Shown one piece after another: positions 11,669 to 22,787 of a DNA stretch of 64,000 bases (position 1 is the stretch's first letter; each line of letters opens with the position of its first letter). The notes under the pieces are model-generated. The model saw only the letters and a program-made list of their open reading frames with translations. It ran no database searches and was not told the origin of the DNA. The translations under genes and the position numbers were made by a program. The stretch is from Callorhinchus milii (Eukaryota): contig NW_024704751.1 of assembly GCF_018977255.1 (NCBI RefSeq), positions 5,704,001 to 5,768,000 of the forward strand, written 5' to 3'.

Positions 11669-14600
11669 ACTTTACCATTGCCTGCCATGAAATTCCAATG
11701 TTCCTCGACAATTGGTTTACGGTGAGCCAACAGATAAGATGACTCAACTTCAAGGGCATGATATCTACAGCAAAGTCATGGTGAAACTTTGCTTTGTGCA
11801 AAAAAATACACTTGAGACGTGAAAGATAGGACACATTTGATTGAAAAGTAAGGAACAAGTTAAAAAGAAACTAAATTTTAGTGATAAAAGTGTAATGACC
11901 CGACATTAAACCGAGATCCAGTCTGTCTGTTCAAACATCCGAGGGCTAATTCAAAAGAGATGGGATTTTCTCCCAGGGTTCTGGCCAACAATACCCCAGA
12001 CATACATTCACGTCGTGGCTGTTTGCAGGATGTTGGTGTGCGCAAATTGCCTGCCATGTTCGCCTACAAAATATACAGTCAATCGCCCTGACGTGAAAGG
12101 CACTGTCATAAATGTAAAGGTTATTCTGTTTCATTGTTATTTTTCGGTGCTGTGAGACGTAAAGAGCTCTATATAACTCCCAAGTTGTTGAAACTCGAAC
12201 CAAGCAATTGTCAAGATGTCTCAGAGTGCTTCAACCTCTCGGCATTTTTAAGGGAGAAAAAAATTCAATGCCGTGACAACTTAAACGGTGAGGAGCGGAG
12301 AGAAGGATCTAACTAGAGGAACTCTGTCCTTTACAGAAGGGCAAGTGAATTGAGAAGCACATCGATAAAAATCCCATTAACACTGGAGCATACAGCAGTT
12401 CTGCTTAAGCACTTGTGTGTGAGAATCTATCAATGTTGTGTTTGTCCTCCTGCTCTTAAACAATAATGAAATGACAACGTATAAAGGGTTTTAGCTTTGT
12501 GGCACCATTACAGGTACAACGCTGTGAAGAAATCTTAGGAACAAAGTCCCTTGAACGAGCATACAAATCACTTTCACTTGAAGCCAATAACCAGTTCACT
12601 CCCCCTAGTATAACTTCCATAAAACATTCCAGATAGCGCCCCAAAGCTATTTATGAGACGGTGACTGTAAACTCCAGCTACGACCTACGAGAATGTATGT
12701 ATTGCAAATAGCAACTGAAGCTTCACCTACAAATTACCCAGTCGTTGGGCTACACTGTGATGTCCGCCTGACATGAGAGGTGCTGTACGAAATGTGGGCA
12801 TTTCGCCCACAAATATATACAGTCAATTTCACTTTACAGTCTATTCTGTGAAGCGCTTTGAGACGTCTAGAAGACGTGAAAAGCGCTATGCCAAATGCAA
12901 GAATTATTATTGTTATATGTAAGGATTATGATTATTATTATTATCATTGTGCATTACAGTTTAAATCACTCTCTTAATGGTTTTCGGTGATGACCAATAA
13001 CACTGACCACTCTTCTTGATATAACTGAGCTTCTTAAAATAGCTATTTTTTCGGAGGAGGTTGATATTTTGTTCGACAGAACGTTTTTGAACAGTCTTAT
13101 TAACAGTCTGAACTGCACGGAGGATTATAGGAACTATATTTATTTTACATTGCTGCATACTGATTATTATTGTTATAAGTAAGGACCTTGCATTTCCCGA
13201 TGGGCCCGCATTGTTTTTTGAGCAGAGATTGGATGTACTTCTCAAAGGTAGTGTTATGTAACGACCTTGAAGTTGGGTGCGTGTTAGCCAATTTTAGCTC
13301 GGGAGGGTTTGAGAGGTTGGTGGGGTCTACTTGGACCTGAGATGGCTCCAAGGTGACGTGCTCAGTGAGTCAACCCTATGTGGCAGTAGCCTCTCTCTCT
13401 CTCTCTCTCTCTTTCTCAGTTGCCCAGTTCCTGAGCCACGCAAGTCCTCAGTACTCCGAGGCACTGCTGACAGCAGCTCAGCCCAGTCTGGCTAATCGAC
13501 AGGACTTGGGGAAGGGGACATTGGGAGAAGCGATCCGAGATGCTGTACTGCGAGAAGGGGCCTATATAAATTCACATTGTTGTTGTCGAACACCACTCAC
13601 TTCATTCCCCCCCACTCCCACACACTAATTTTAACAATAACTAAAGTATTCACTTTAAAAAAAGAATTCTTAGCCAAGCAGGTAAAGTACTGTAGTTCTG
13701 AAACCAGTTTAGAAATTATTTTATTATTACATTCTTATTTGAAGTCAAACCACTGTCACAAGCAAATGATTTTGGTTTTGATCGGGGTGCAGGCTATTCA
13801 TGAAAACTTTGTAAAGGGCTGAGTTATTGGTAATTGGTATTCACTTTACAGTATATTCTGCGAAGCGCTTTGAGACGTCGCGAAGATACGATAAGGCGCT
13901 GCATCAAATGTAAGGATTATTATTATTTTAAATTAAAAAATTAATAACTCCCAAGAAATCTTAAAATGCTGATTTCCCCAAAGAAAAGTGATGGTGGCGA
14001 GTTTTGTTTGGTAAATCATTTCTTTCAGCTGTGTTAAGGCAGCAGAACAAGTTCAGATTTGCAATTTCAGTTAAAGACACTTGGAATTACACACAGAAGA
14101 TAATTAATGACTAGAACAGGTAACGAGAAAGCCAGGATCCTGGGACTCATTTAACAAGATTAAAGGAATTTATAAAGAAAAGGAACATCAAACAAAAACT
14201 GTGCTAATTATTTATCTTTTGCTATTTTTGCACTGATTACAAAAGTTATCTTTTCGTAATTGGTTTTGCCGTTAATCGCTGTAAGAGCTGGCCTCTGTGA
14301 GAAATTTGCTCTCAATTTTTTTCCCCCCACCGCCCTCTCCTCGGTTGGGAATTTCCATTCAGGAAGCTGTAGGTTTTGTTCGTTGCACTGCTCTGTAATC
14401 AGCAAAGGAAGAAAGAAATAAAGGTGGCCGCAAGTCCTCTTCTTCGATAAAGTGGGCACTGCTGTGAAGGACTTCAAAGAGTTTAACAACATAGGTGGTC
14501 CAACCTTTTGGCTGTTGAGGGTCACATTTAATTTTAAAATGGTTTGTGAGCTGGAAGAAACCATCCCCACCAGCCAGATGCAGCCCCCCCCACCCCACCC

Positions 14601-14902
14601 ATCCCTTCATGTAGGGTAACACCTCGGAGTGCTTCGCAGAGATGGGATTGGAATCTGAGCAAGGGAGAGGGGAGGGGAAAAGGCAGAGGGTGGTGGCCAT
14701 GGGCGTATTCAAAGAGGTAGGGATTGAGGCGTGACTTGGGCAGAAAGAGAGAGGGCGAGATGGAGAGCTGGAGGGAACCCCAGAGGTTAGGGGTGAGGAA
14801 CTCAAAGGCTCACCCACGAAGGGGATGAGTTAGGGGAGCAGAGGGAAAGGGTGGGAGCGATAAGGGGGTCCGAGGGATTGGGTGGATACTCACAGCGTGG
14901 CA

Positions 14903-14956
14903 TTACTGTATTTCAGACTCGGTAAATCTTCTGGAATGTGATTCGCCTTTGCAACA
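14903..14956 (-). CDS. tmigd1: tmigd1 cytoplasmic-tail exon (exon continues to a donor after 14894)
   Basis: TTCTCAG|TGT TGC...: CCKGESHSRRFTESEIQ*; GTGAGT donor 9 nt after the stop. Confidence 0.7.
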   Translation of the reverse strand, partial: CCKGESHSRRFTESEIQ

Positions 14957-17782
14957 CTGAGAAACAAAAGGAATAATTGCCATTTTACATGAAATATTGG
15001 AGGGTTTAATTAACGTCTCTGACTATTTAGAGCCTGGCCTGCAACTGCCAGTTTGGAGGCCAAAAACAACCCAAAGGCACTGTTTTCCACCATCCATCAT
15101 CGCCTGCTCCGTGCACCCACCCCCTCCCCAAACTGCATCCATCCTCCTGCATGTCCCTCGCGCTCTCCGTTTCACCATCAGTGGCTGAGCTTTCAGCCAC
15201 TACGCCCCCAAACTCTAGAACACTCTTCCTCTATCCCTCCGCCTTACCACTTCCTTCCCCATCTTCAGATCCCACCTGAAGACCTTCCTTTTCGACTGTG
15301 CCTACGGTCACCTCCCCCTAGCTCAGTGTTGGGCTCCCCCACTGTCAAGCGCTGTGGGGCGCTATCCTGCGTGAGGGGCGCTACAGACATGAAAGTTGTT
15401 ATTGTTGATGGTGTTGTTGAGTCATTCCAATCTCCGCCTTCTGGAGCTCTTACCTCAATGATTCGTTGTCTCCGGGAAGCAATTGCAAAGATGATGGTGA
15501 TCAAGACCACCACTGACCCAGCAATGATGGGTTCGATTGGGGCTGGAATCACTTTATCTGCCAAAGAAAGAGAGTCATTCAGTGGTTTCGGGCCTTCAGC
15601 GACTTACTTACATAATAATAATAATAATAATAATAACCCTTGCATTTGACATAACACCTTATCACATTGTTGAGGCATCTCAAAGCACTTCACAGGAATA
15701 TACTGTAAAGTGAATTGACTGTCTATCTTGTGGGCGAAAATATACAGTATAAACCAATATATTTACATTGGTTAACACAGCCCGTACAGCACTGAAACAG
15801 GCTAATCGGCCTAACTAGTGCCTGTGTTTGTACTCCACGTGAGTCTCTACCCACTCTTTATTCCCTCCTATATCTTTCCAATCCCTTCTCCCTACCTAAA
15901 GCAATACTGTATATATTGATAATAGAGCGCTGGGGTTCACCAGATTACCATCTCTGTTTGACACAGTATCCATATTAATCCCTTTGCACGTACTGTGTGT
16001 GTTCAGAAACACGCTTAATAATAATCCTTGCATTCGATACAGCACCTTATCACGTCTTCGAGACGTCTCAAAGCGCTTCACAGAATATACTGTAAAGTGA
16101 ATTGACTGCATGTTTCGTGGGCGATGTACTTCGGGATAGATTTGAGGCAGGGGAACAATCATTTTCCGCTTGCTTTAGTGCAACCTTTCTTCGCTGTGAG
16201 CTTGCGTTCTTCATACCTCTTACGAGCAGATAGAAGTCCAACGCTTTGCTGCCAAGGGGGGAAATGGCCACACAGCTGTACGTCCCGTTGTCCGTCTTCA
16301 GCAACATCTTTATGGACAGTCTGAAGAGATTGCTGTCCAAGTTCACGCTGTGTCGGCCGCTCTCCAACTTCAGGGTCCTGTTGTCTTTGTACCAGACCAT
16401 GATTGCTTGCGGGTTGGACTTGGCGTTGCAGGTAAACGTTCGGTCAGTTTCCTCAGATGCATCAACGTAGACATCACTGTCTGCGCTCAGAATAGGAGCA
16501 ACTGGAAGAGGGTCAGATTCACAATTTCAATCACTGTGCACCGATGAAACTTTGTTAAATCGACCATTATGCTGATGTACGGCCACACATTTTACCTGTA
16601 AATGGGAAATTGCTGAACATATGCACCTCTGTTTTTTGGGGATTAACCCGGGTGTCTGACACGTGCGGAAACCCATCACTGTGCTTCAGAGTATCCCAAC
16701 CAAACTGAGAATTCCATCCAGACCACCTATTTTGTATTCAGAAGTGAGACACGGAAACCATATACATGTGTGTAGTCTGGCTCCCTGAAGGGGCTCAGGA
16801 CTTTCAGATAAAATCGGGGGTGAGGGGGTAAGGGGAGGGAGGTGTCAATTCGTGGGGGCGCCAAGTCGGGCATTACTTTTAACATTTTGTCCAAAGACGG
16901 TAACGTTTTGGGAATTAACGTTTCAAGCAAAGGACAGATTCTCCGACAATGACAGTGAGGTCAAACTCCCGGCGTGGAGCTTGAACCCAGAACTTTCTGA
17001 TTCTGGGGGCGAGAGAGAGAGAGAGAATACCACCAGTCTCAGTTACTTACATAAGATATCCAGAGCCACGGTGCTGTTGATGTTTTGCTTCCTCTTGAGA
17101 CGACAGCTAAACACAATCTGGTCGTCCTCCTCTTTGAGTGGATCGATGCAGACTGTACTTGTGTTGACTTCATTCAGGGAGCTCAACCTGACCTGACTCC
17201 TCCCTCGAAACCAGACCAGCTTTTCACTCTGCGTATTATTGACAGCTTTGCATTGCAGTGAAATCGAATCGGATATGTTTCTGGTGAGTTTCTGGGGTCC
17301 GTTGATGTTGTTTATAGTGATGTACACACCTGAGGCAAGGAAGAACAGGGCTATTGATCGATCAGCCACAAATTCATTGTTTGGACATAGCTCAATAAAT
17401 ATTGGCACAGATACCTTCAACCCAGGTTAACACGCGCTCAAATGAAATGCGTGCCTTTGTCAATTGTCTGAAATCCAGTAACACTCGCATAAGTCTGATC
17501 TCTATAAATCGTCTAATCGCCTAAGTCGTACACTTGCCTAAGTCCCGTTGAATTTCCTATGACATATGCAAATTTGACATAACTCATACCCTTGCATAAG
17601 TCATATTAAATGTATGGTCCCAACTGATACGACTTACGCGAGGTTTACTGTGTAACATCATTGTGCTCTATGACAAAAGTTGCTTAAGATATAAAATCCA
17701 TACCTGCACACCCGTGAATAAAACACAACACCGCAATCAGACTCAGTCCAACAATAATATTCCAAACCCTCTCCAGGAACAT
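14903..17782 (-). CDS. tmigd1: Transmembrane and immunoglobulin domain-containing protein 1, 266 aa; coding exons 17704-17782, 17051-17329, 16217-16501, 15454-15557, 14903-14956
   Basis: Signal peptide, two Ig domains, TM helix and short tail joined in frame by GT-AG introns; same-strand neighbour of blmh, as in other vertebrates. Confidence 0.88.
15040..15418 (+). mobile_element. L2-type LINE 3' fragment in a tmigd1 intron
   Basis: GCTTTCAGCCACTACGCCCC..CTCT.GAAC, CTGAAGACC..CCTTTTCGAC, tail AAGCGCT...GGGGCGCTA and (GTT)n. Confidence 0.75.
15454..15557 (-). CDS. tmigd1: tmigd1 transmembrane exon
   Basis: DKVIPAPIEPIIAGSVVVLITIIFAIASRRQRIIE. Confidence 0.9.
16217..16501 (-). CDS. tmigd1: tmigd1 Ig domain 2 exon
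   Basis: FAPILS...TFTCNAKSNPQAIMVWYKD...TDNGTYSCVAISPLG; 285 nt, phase 1/1. Confidence 0.92.
17051..17329 (-). CDS. tmigd1: tmigd1 Ig domain 1 exon
   Basis: SISLQCKAVNNTQSEKLVWFRG...STVCIDPLKEEDDQIVFSCRL; 279 nt, phase 1/1. Confidence 0.92.
17476..17650. mobile_element. Tc1/mariner (Tigger/pogo-like) MITE, 175 bp
   Basis: Terminal inverted repeats CAGTAACACTCGCATAAGTC and revcomp CAGTAAACCTCGCGTAAGTC (17/20); internal repeats of (C)TAAGTC. Confidence 0.75.
17704..17782 (-). CDS. tmigd1: tmigd1 signal-peptide exon
   Basis: MFLERVWNIIVGLSLIAVLCFIHGCA-G|GTATG, phase 1. Confidence 0.85.
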
Positions 17783-17982
17783 GTTTAAGTGAATAAGCGA
17801 CAAATCTGTCCGATGAGCAATCAAAAAAGCTTTGGATTTTCCCCTATGGAAAGTCGGGAACAGAGGACAGACAGAAGAGATCTGTTCCCATAACGCAACA
17901 AGCCACGGTCTTGTGTCACCGCTGTTGCTGTCTCTTTTAATGCACGGCAACGCTTTGACATCAAGTGGTTCTGGATGAATTT

Positions 17983-18121
17983 TTTTATAGCCTCAGTAAA
18001 AATGTAATTAGAATTGCAGAGTTTTATATTTTTTTTATTTGCTTTATGGTTTTCAGGGGTTGGGAGAGAGACAGAGAGCGTAAATAAAAATTAACAGCAG
18101 AGTAAAGGGTGAGGTTTATGA
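17983..18121 (-). promoter_or_regulatory. Putative tmigd1 core promoter: TATA box with CDX-like motifs upstream
   Basis: TATAAAA on minus at 17983-17989, about 200 nt upstream of the ATG; TTTATGG (18043-18049) and TTTATGA (18115-18121). Confidence 0.5.
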
Positions 18122-19147
18122 CTTCTCAGGCAGTGCAATGACACCGCCCTGAAGGTGATTTGGATTTGGTTTCATCCCCCAAATTCCCAATCGGTCGCTG
18201 ATGGTGAGACCCTTTTCAGCTGAAAATTTAAGATCGCGCCAGAAACGTGTGAAAAATCAGTCTTGATCCGGAAGAGGGTTTTACACAGAAACAAGAACTC
18301 GCATTTACACAGCGCTCTTCGTGTCGGATAATGTCTCCCAGCTGTGGTGGCTGTTGGTCGGATGTCGAGGGTAGAAGGGGGTAGGGAAGGGTAGGGTAGG
18401 TGATTGTAGGTGCGGTTGATGAGGTAGGTTTTAAGGTGGGATTTAAGGAGCGATAGAGAGAGGGGGTGAGGTAGAGGGATATAGAGGCAGGGATTTCCAG
18501 AGGTGGGAGGCAGAGTGAATAAAGGCTCAGCCAGTTTCTATAAGGAACCAGAGAACTTTGAACAGCCCCAACGATTTGGTTTGTACAGTGCCCTAAAGCA
18601 GGCCATTCGGCCCATCGTGTGTGTGCTGGCTCTTTGAAAGAGTGATCCATTCAGTCCATTTCTACCCGTTTCTTTCAAATGACTCCTGTTTAGATATCTA
18701 TCTCATTTCCCTCTTGAAAGCTAATATGAATCCTGCCTCGACCATCCCTCCTGGCGCTCCGAGGTCCTAAGTTTGTCAGAATCGAAGAGTTTTCGCTTCG
18801 CCCACAAAATATACAGTCAATTCACTTTATAGTGTATTCTGTGAGACGTCTCGAAGACGTGAAAAGTGCTATATCAAATGCAAGGTGTATTATTATTATT
18901 ATTATGAGCAGTGGTGAAGAGTCTCCAGCTGCGGGAGGTGTAATTCGGGTCTGGAGTTTCCTAGTGATGTCTGTGCAGGCACGAACCGAAAGAAAGGAGT
19001 GGTCATTACTCTCTTGGCATCTCATGACAAATTGTCAACCATAGTCCAAAGTATGCACTAAAAGTTAAATATTGAACCAAACCCGACTATAGAAATGCAT
19101 CTATAAGCACCAGAGCTTTCTCACCGCAATAGAGAACGATAGCCAGT

Positions 19148-19362
19148 ATGTGGGTGCGGGGGGCTGGGGGATTTGGGGGGTGCTGGGGATGTGGGGGTGG
19201 GGGATGTGGGTGCAGGGGGTTGGGGGATGTGGTGGGGGTGGGGGATGTGGGTGCGGGAGGCTGGGGGAGGTGGGGGGGGGTTGGGGGATGTAGGGGCTGG
19301 GGGAGGTGGGGGGCGGTGAGGGATGTGGGTGCGGGAGGCTGGGGGAGGTGGGGGTGGGTGGG
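19148..19362 (+). repeat. G-rich degenerate tandem repeat (GGGGGATGTGGGTGCGGGAGGCT-like units)
   Basis: Many GGG-or-longer runs with short linkers. Confidence 0.85.
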
Positions 19363-19883
19363 GTAGGATTGTCGGCCGGGACAACAGGCGAAACTCCTTT
19401 TCTCTTAAAATCTCAAAGTATATCATCAAGTGGATTGACTGCTGCGTTTCGCCCACAAAACATACAGCCAATCCACTTTACGATACATCCTGCGAGGTGC
19501 TTTGAGACGTCTCAACGACATAACGCATCAAACGCATGGACTAATATTATTAGCATTATTATTATTAATCATAAAAGATCCTGCTTTCAGAGTTAAAACT
19601 GAAGCATTTGCCTTTAGCACTGAAGCAAAGGCTTAAGTCTTAACCCCAACAGGGCTGTAAACTACAACCAGTTTCCAGGTTGTAACACAAAATCCTTTTG
19701 AAAGTGCTCAGCAAAAGCTTTGTTATGCAGTCTCTTTGGTGATTGTGAGGAAGGCTCAGTAAATGTGATCCTTTCCCTGGTGGTGGTGCTGTTCGACAGA
19801 GGGATTTAAAGCACATTTCAGAGTGATCTCCACTTCCTACTTCGTCAGAATCTCTGCGACACATCTGCAGCTTTTGAAGGCTA

Positions 19884-20180
19884 ATGGACAGCCCTGGAGA
19901 TGCCAACCAATGCCAGACCCTGGAACAGAGGAAAGACGGGGGTGACAACCTTTACTATCAACTGCACCTGGTCAAAATGGCCCACCTGCCCGCAGACATC
20001 CACAGGTTCTGTGACCCTCGGTTGGATCACACCAGGAGGAAGCAGCTGGTGCAAGAGCTGAGGAACCTGCAGACACTGAGCTGCCAGAAACTGCAGATCC
20101 TCTTCTCCTTCTCGGTCCCCAGCCCCAAGGCGATTGCCTTCATCGCCAATTTGAAGCGACCCTTGGTTTCAGCCGGGGCT
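19884..20180 (+). CDS. Methyltransferase-like gene coding exon 1
   Basis: ATG preceded by an in-frame TGA; ends ...FSFSVPSPKAIAFIANLKRPLVSAGA|GTGAGT. Confidence 0.82.
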
Positions 20181-22089
20181 GTGAGTGCTGCGAGCAGCTA
20201 AACTAGGGGCTAGGGTTAGTGATGCAGGGGGAGTGGGGCTGGCAATAGGGCTGTGTGTCTGTGTGTGGGGGGGGGGCTTGCAATAGGTTCATGTGTGTGT
20301 TGGGGGCTTAGCAAGAGGTCTGTGTGTGTGTGTGTGTGTTGTGTGAGGGGGCTTGAAATAGGTTTGTGTATGTTGTGGGGACTTGCAATAGTTCTGTGTG
20401 TGTGTGTTGGGGGGGTGCTTGCAATAGGTCTGTGTGTGTGTTGTGGGGATGGGGGGGGGGTCTTGCAATAGGTCTGTGTGTATGTGTTCGTTGTGGAGGG
20501 GCTTGCAATAAGTCTGTGTGTGTTGGTGGGGCTTGCAATAGGTCTGTGTGTGTGTTGTGTATGGGGGGGGCTTGCAATAAGTCTGTGTGCGTGTGTTGTG
20601 ATGGGGGGGTCTTGCAATAGGTCTGTGTATGTGTTGTGATGGGGGGTCTTGCAATAGGTTTGTGTGTGTGTTGTGGTGGGGGCTTGCAATAAGTCTGTGT
20701 GTGTGTTGTGATGGGGGGGCTTGCAATAGGTCTGTGTGTGTGTTGTGGGGATGGGGGTGGGGTCTTGCAATAGGTCTGTGTGTATGTGTTTGTTGTGGAG
20801 GGGCTTGCAATAAGTCTGTGTGTGTTGGGGGGGCTTGCAATAGGTCTGTATGTGTGTGTTATGTATGGGGGGGGCTTGCAATAGGTTTGTGTGTGTGTGT
20901 TATGTATGGGGGGGGCTTGCAATAGGTTTGTGTGTGTGTGTTGTGTATGGGGTGGGGGGCTTGCAATAGGTTTGTGTGTGTGCGTGTTGCGGAGGGGCTT
21001 GCAATAAGTCTGTGTGTATGTTGTGTTGGTGGGGCTTGCAATAGGTCTGTGTGTCGTCTGAATCTCGTGCCCTTCATGCCAGATAGCCTTAACGTCTTGC
21101 TTGTCGATCTTCCCTTTTTGCAGGGAACTGGATACTGGGAGTACCTGCTGCAAAGCCGAGGAATAGATGTGGTGGTGTTCGATACCAATACAGTTTATCC
21201 ACCCGAAATGCGATACTTAGATATCCAGGTACGTAGCAAAATGTTAACACAACAGCAGTGACCAGGGCAACGATTTATGAATGAGTGAATAATAATAATG
21301 ATGATGATGATGATGATGATAATAATAATAAGCCTTGCATTTGATTTAGCGCCTTATCACGTCGTCGAGAACGTCTCAATAGGAGCCTCACAGAATAGAT
21401 TGTGAAGTGAATTGACTGCGCATCCTGTGGGCGAGTCGCGGCAGTCAATGGCAGTGATTGCGTGTGCTTGTGTGTTTGTTTATGTGTGAAGTTAATGCAG
21501 ACTTCATTTTTTTTAGAAGTCCTAAACAATGTGTGGATGCTAAAACATTTTTTTTTAATGGCTTTAGACCAGTGGGACTGAAATCCTGGAAACATTTGCT
21601 GACCGAGTGCTTTTATTGGCCTGGCCCGATGTGGATGGTAAGTGAGGGAGGGCTACTTCGCATTTATATAGCGCCTTTCGCCCGTGGTAGTGGCTTGGAG
21701 CGCTAAAAACTGCTAAGGTATTTTTTCTCTCTCTCTCTGCGTGTTGAAAAAGTTGAAGGAGTTTAACGAGCCCCATGTTTATTGCTGTGGTTTCAGAATC
21801 TTCCACCTTCTCTCTGGACTGCCTGAGCTGTTACCAGGGGGACACGGTGCTTCACGTGGGGGAGTTAATGGGGGAAACTCTGTCCGCTAATACGTGGGGG
21901 CAGTCATCGTCCCGTGCCTTTCAGCTGGCTCTGGCGGAGGACTTCTGCTGCGTCAGCAGAGTTCAGCTTCCAAACTGGCCGGGACACTTGGACTCTCTAA
22001 CCATGTGGAGAAGAAAGAGCGCTCAGCCAGTGGTGTGCGATGGAGCACATTTTCACTACGTCGACACCGACTGCAGAGAGTATTTGTGA
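19884..22089 (+). CDS. Uncharacterised class I SAM-dependent methyltransferase-like protein, 254 aa; coding exons 19884-20180, 21124-21228, 21568-21637, 21797-22089
   Basis: Four GT-AG exons splice in frame (phases 0,0,1); the exon 1/2 junction creates LVSAGA|GTGYW (motif I, GxGxG), followed by GIDVVVFD (acidic residue at the end of beta2), VLLLAWP, YQGDTVLHVGE and LPNWP..DSLTMW. Confidence 0.85.
20236..21055 (+). repeat. Minisatellite of about 22 units, 30-44 bp each, core G(n)CTTGCAATA(G/A)GTCTGTGTG, in coding intron 1 of the methyltransferase-like gene
   Basis: Cores counted by eye; linkers are (TG)n and G runs. Confidence 0.93.
21124..21228 (+). CDS. Methyltransferase-like gene exon 2
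   Basis: CCCTTTTTGCAG|GTGYWEYLLQSRGIDVVVFDTNTVYPPEMRYLDIQ|GTACGT. Confidence 0.87.
21568..21637 (+). CDS. Methyltransferase-like gene exon 3
   Basis: TTTAG|TSGTEILETFADRVLLLAWPDVD-G|GTAAGT. Confidence 0.85.
21797..22089 (+). CDS. Methyltransferase-like gene exon 4
   Basis: TTTCAG|ESSTFSLDCLSCYQGDTVLHVGE...WGQSSSRAFQLALAEDF...LPNWPGHLDSLTMWRRK...EYL*. Confidence 0.87.
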
Positions 22090-22470
22090 TGCGGGAAAGC
22101 CAGCCACTCATTGCCAGCTCTCTCTCTCTCTGTTTCTTGTGAGCAATATACCCATCAACCAGTGTCTGGTCTCTGAACTCCACACACTGACAGCCAGCTT
22201 CGATGTTCTGAACTCTCCACCCCCACCCCCCACCAACTCTCAACCCCCTGCTTTGACCACTCTTTCAGCCATCTTTCCTCACCATTGCTGAGTACTTTGA
22301 GACGTTCCTCCCGAGGTGAAAGGCGCTGTGTAAGTGTGAATCGTACAACCTGTAACCAATTGGGTGCAGCTGTAGGTGTTGGGCAGCCAAAGACCAAGGG
22401 CCAAGGCAGCCTTGGCACCAGAATGAGTGTGTACAAATGCGCTAAGACGAGAGGATCGATTTTAAGACCT

Positions 22471-22476
22471 TTTATT
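22471..22476 (-). terminator. cryba1 polyadenylation signal
   Basis: AATAAA on minus about 165 nt after the stop. Confidence 0.65.
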
Positions 22477-22639
22477 TCAAGATTTCAAGACCTCCGTCCA
22501 TTGAAGCGAGGTGTTAAATAGGGTCGCGGCACCACAGGTGAGAGATAGCAGATTCTGCAACAGTATGGAGTGCCGCGTATGACCGTAGGCTTTAACACCG
22601 GGGTCTTTCTGATGATCAGTCGTCTTGTTGGTGAAACGC

Positions 22640-22787
22640 TTATTGCTGAATGCGACGGAGGGACTGAATCTGGAAGGTCTGGGCGTGGGATCCCCATTCT
22701 CTCCAGTGCTTGTACTCTCCACCATGACGGTCACACTCCATGATGTACTGGAAGCCACGGTATCCTGGGTACTGGTAGCAAACCCAT
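22640..22787 (-). CDS. cryba1: cryba1 exon 6
   Basis: [48 protein letters not shown]. Confidence 0.95.

Noticed and set aside
11690-11800. Cluster of GATA-, AP-1- and nuclear-receptor-like motifs between blmh and tmigd1
   Set aside because: Short motifs are expected by chance; not supportable without conservation data
20236-21055. CRISPR-like array (constant repeat with variable spacers)
   Set aside because: Spacers are low-complexity TG/G runs that themselves repeat, no cas genes are present, and the array is in a vertebrate intron; it is a minisatellite
20216-21188. Long minus-strand ORFs (281, 221 and 183 aa; THTQTYCKPP repeats)
   Set aside because: Stop-free translations of the minisatellite in all three frames
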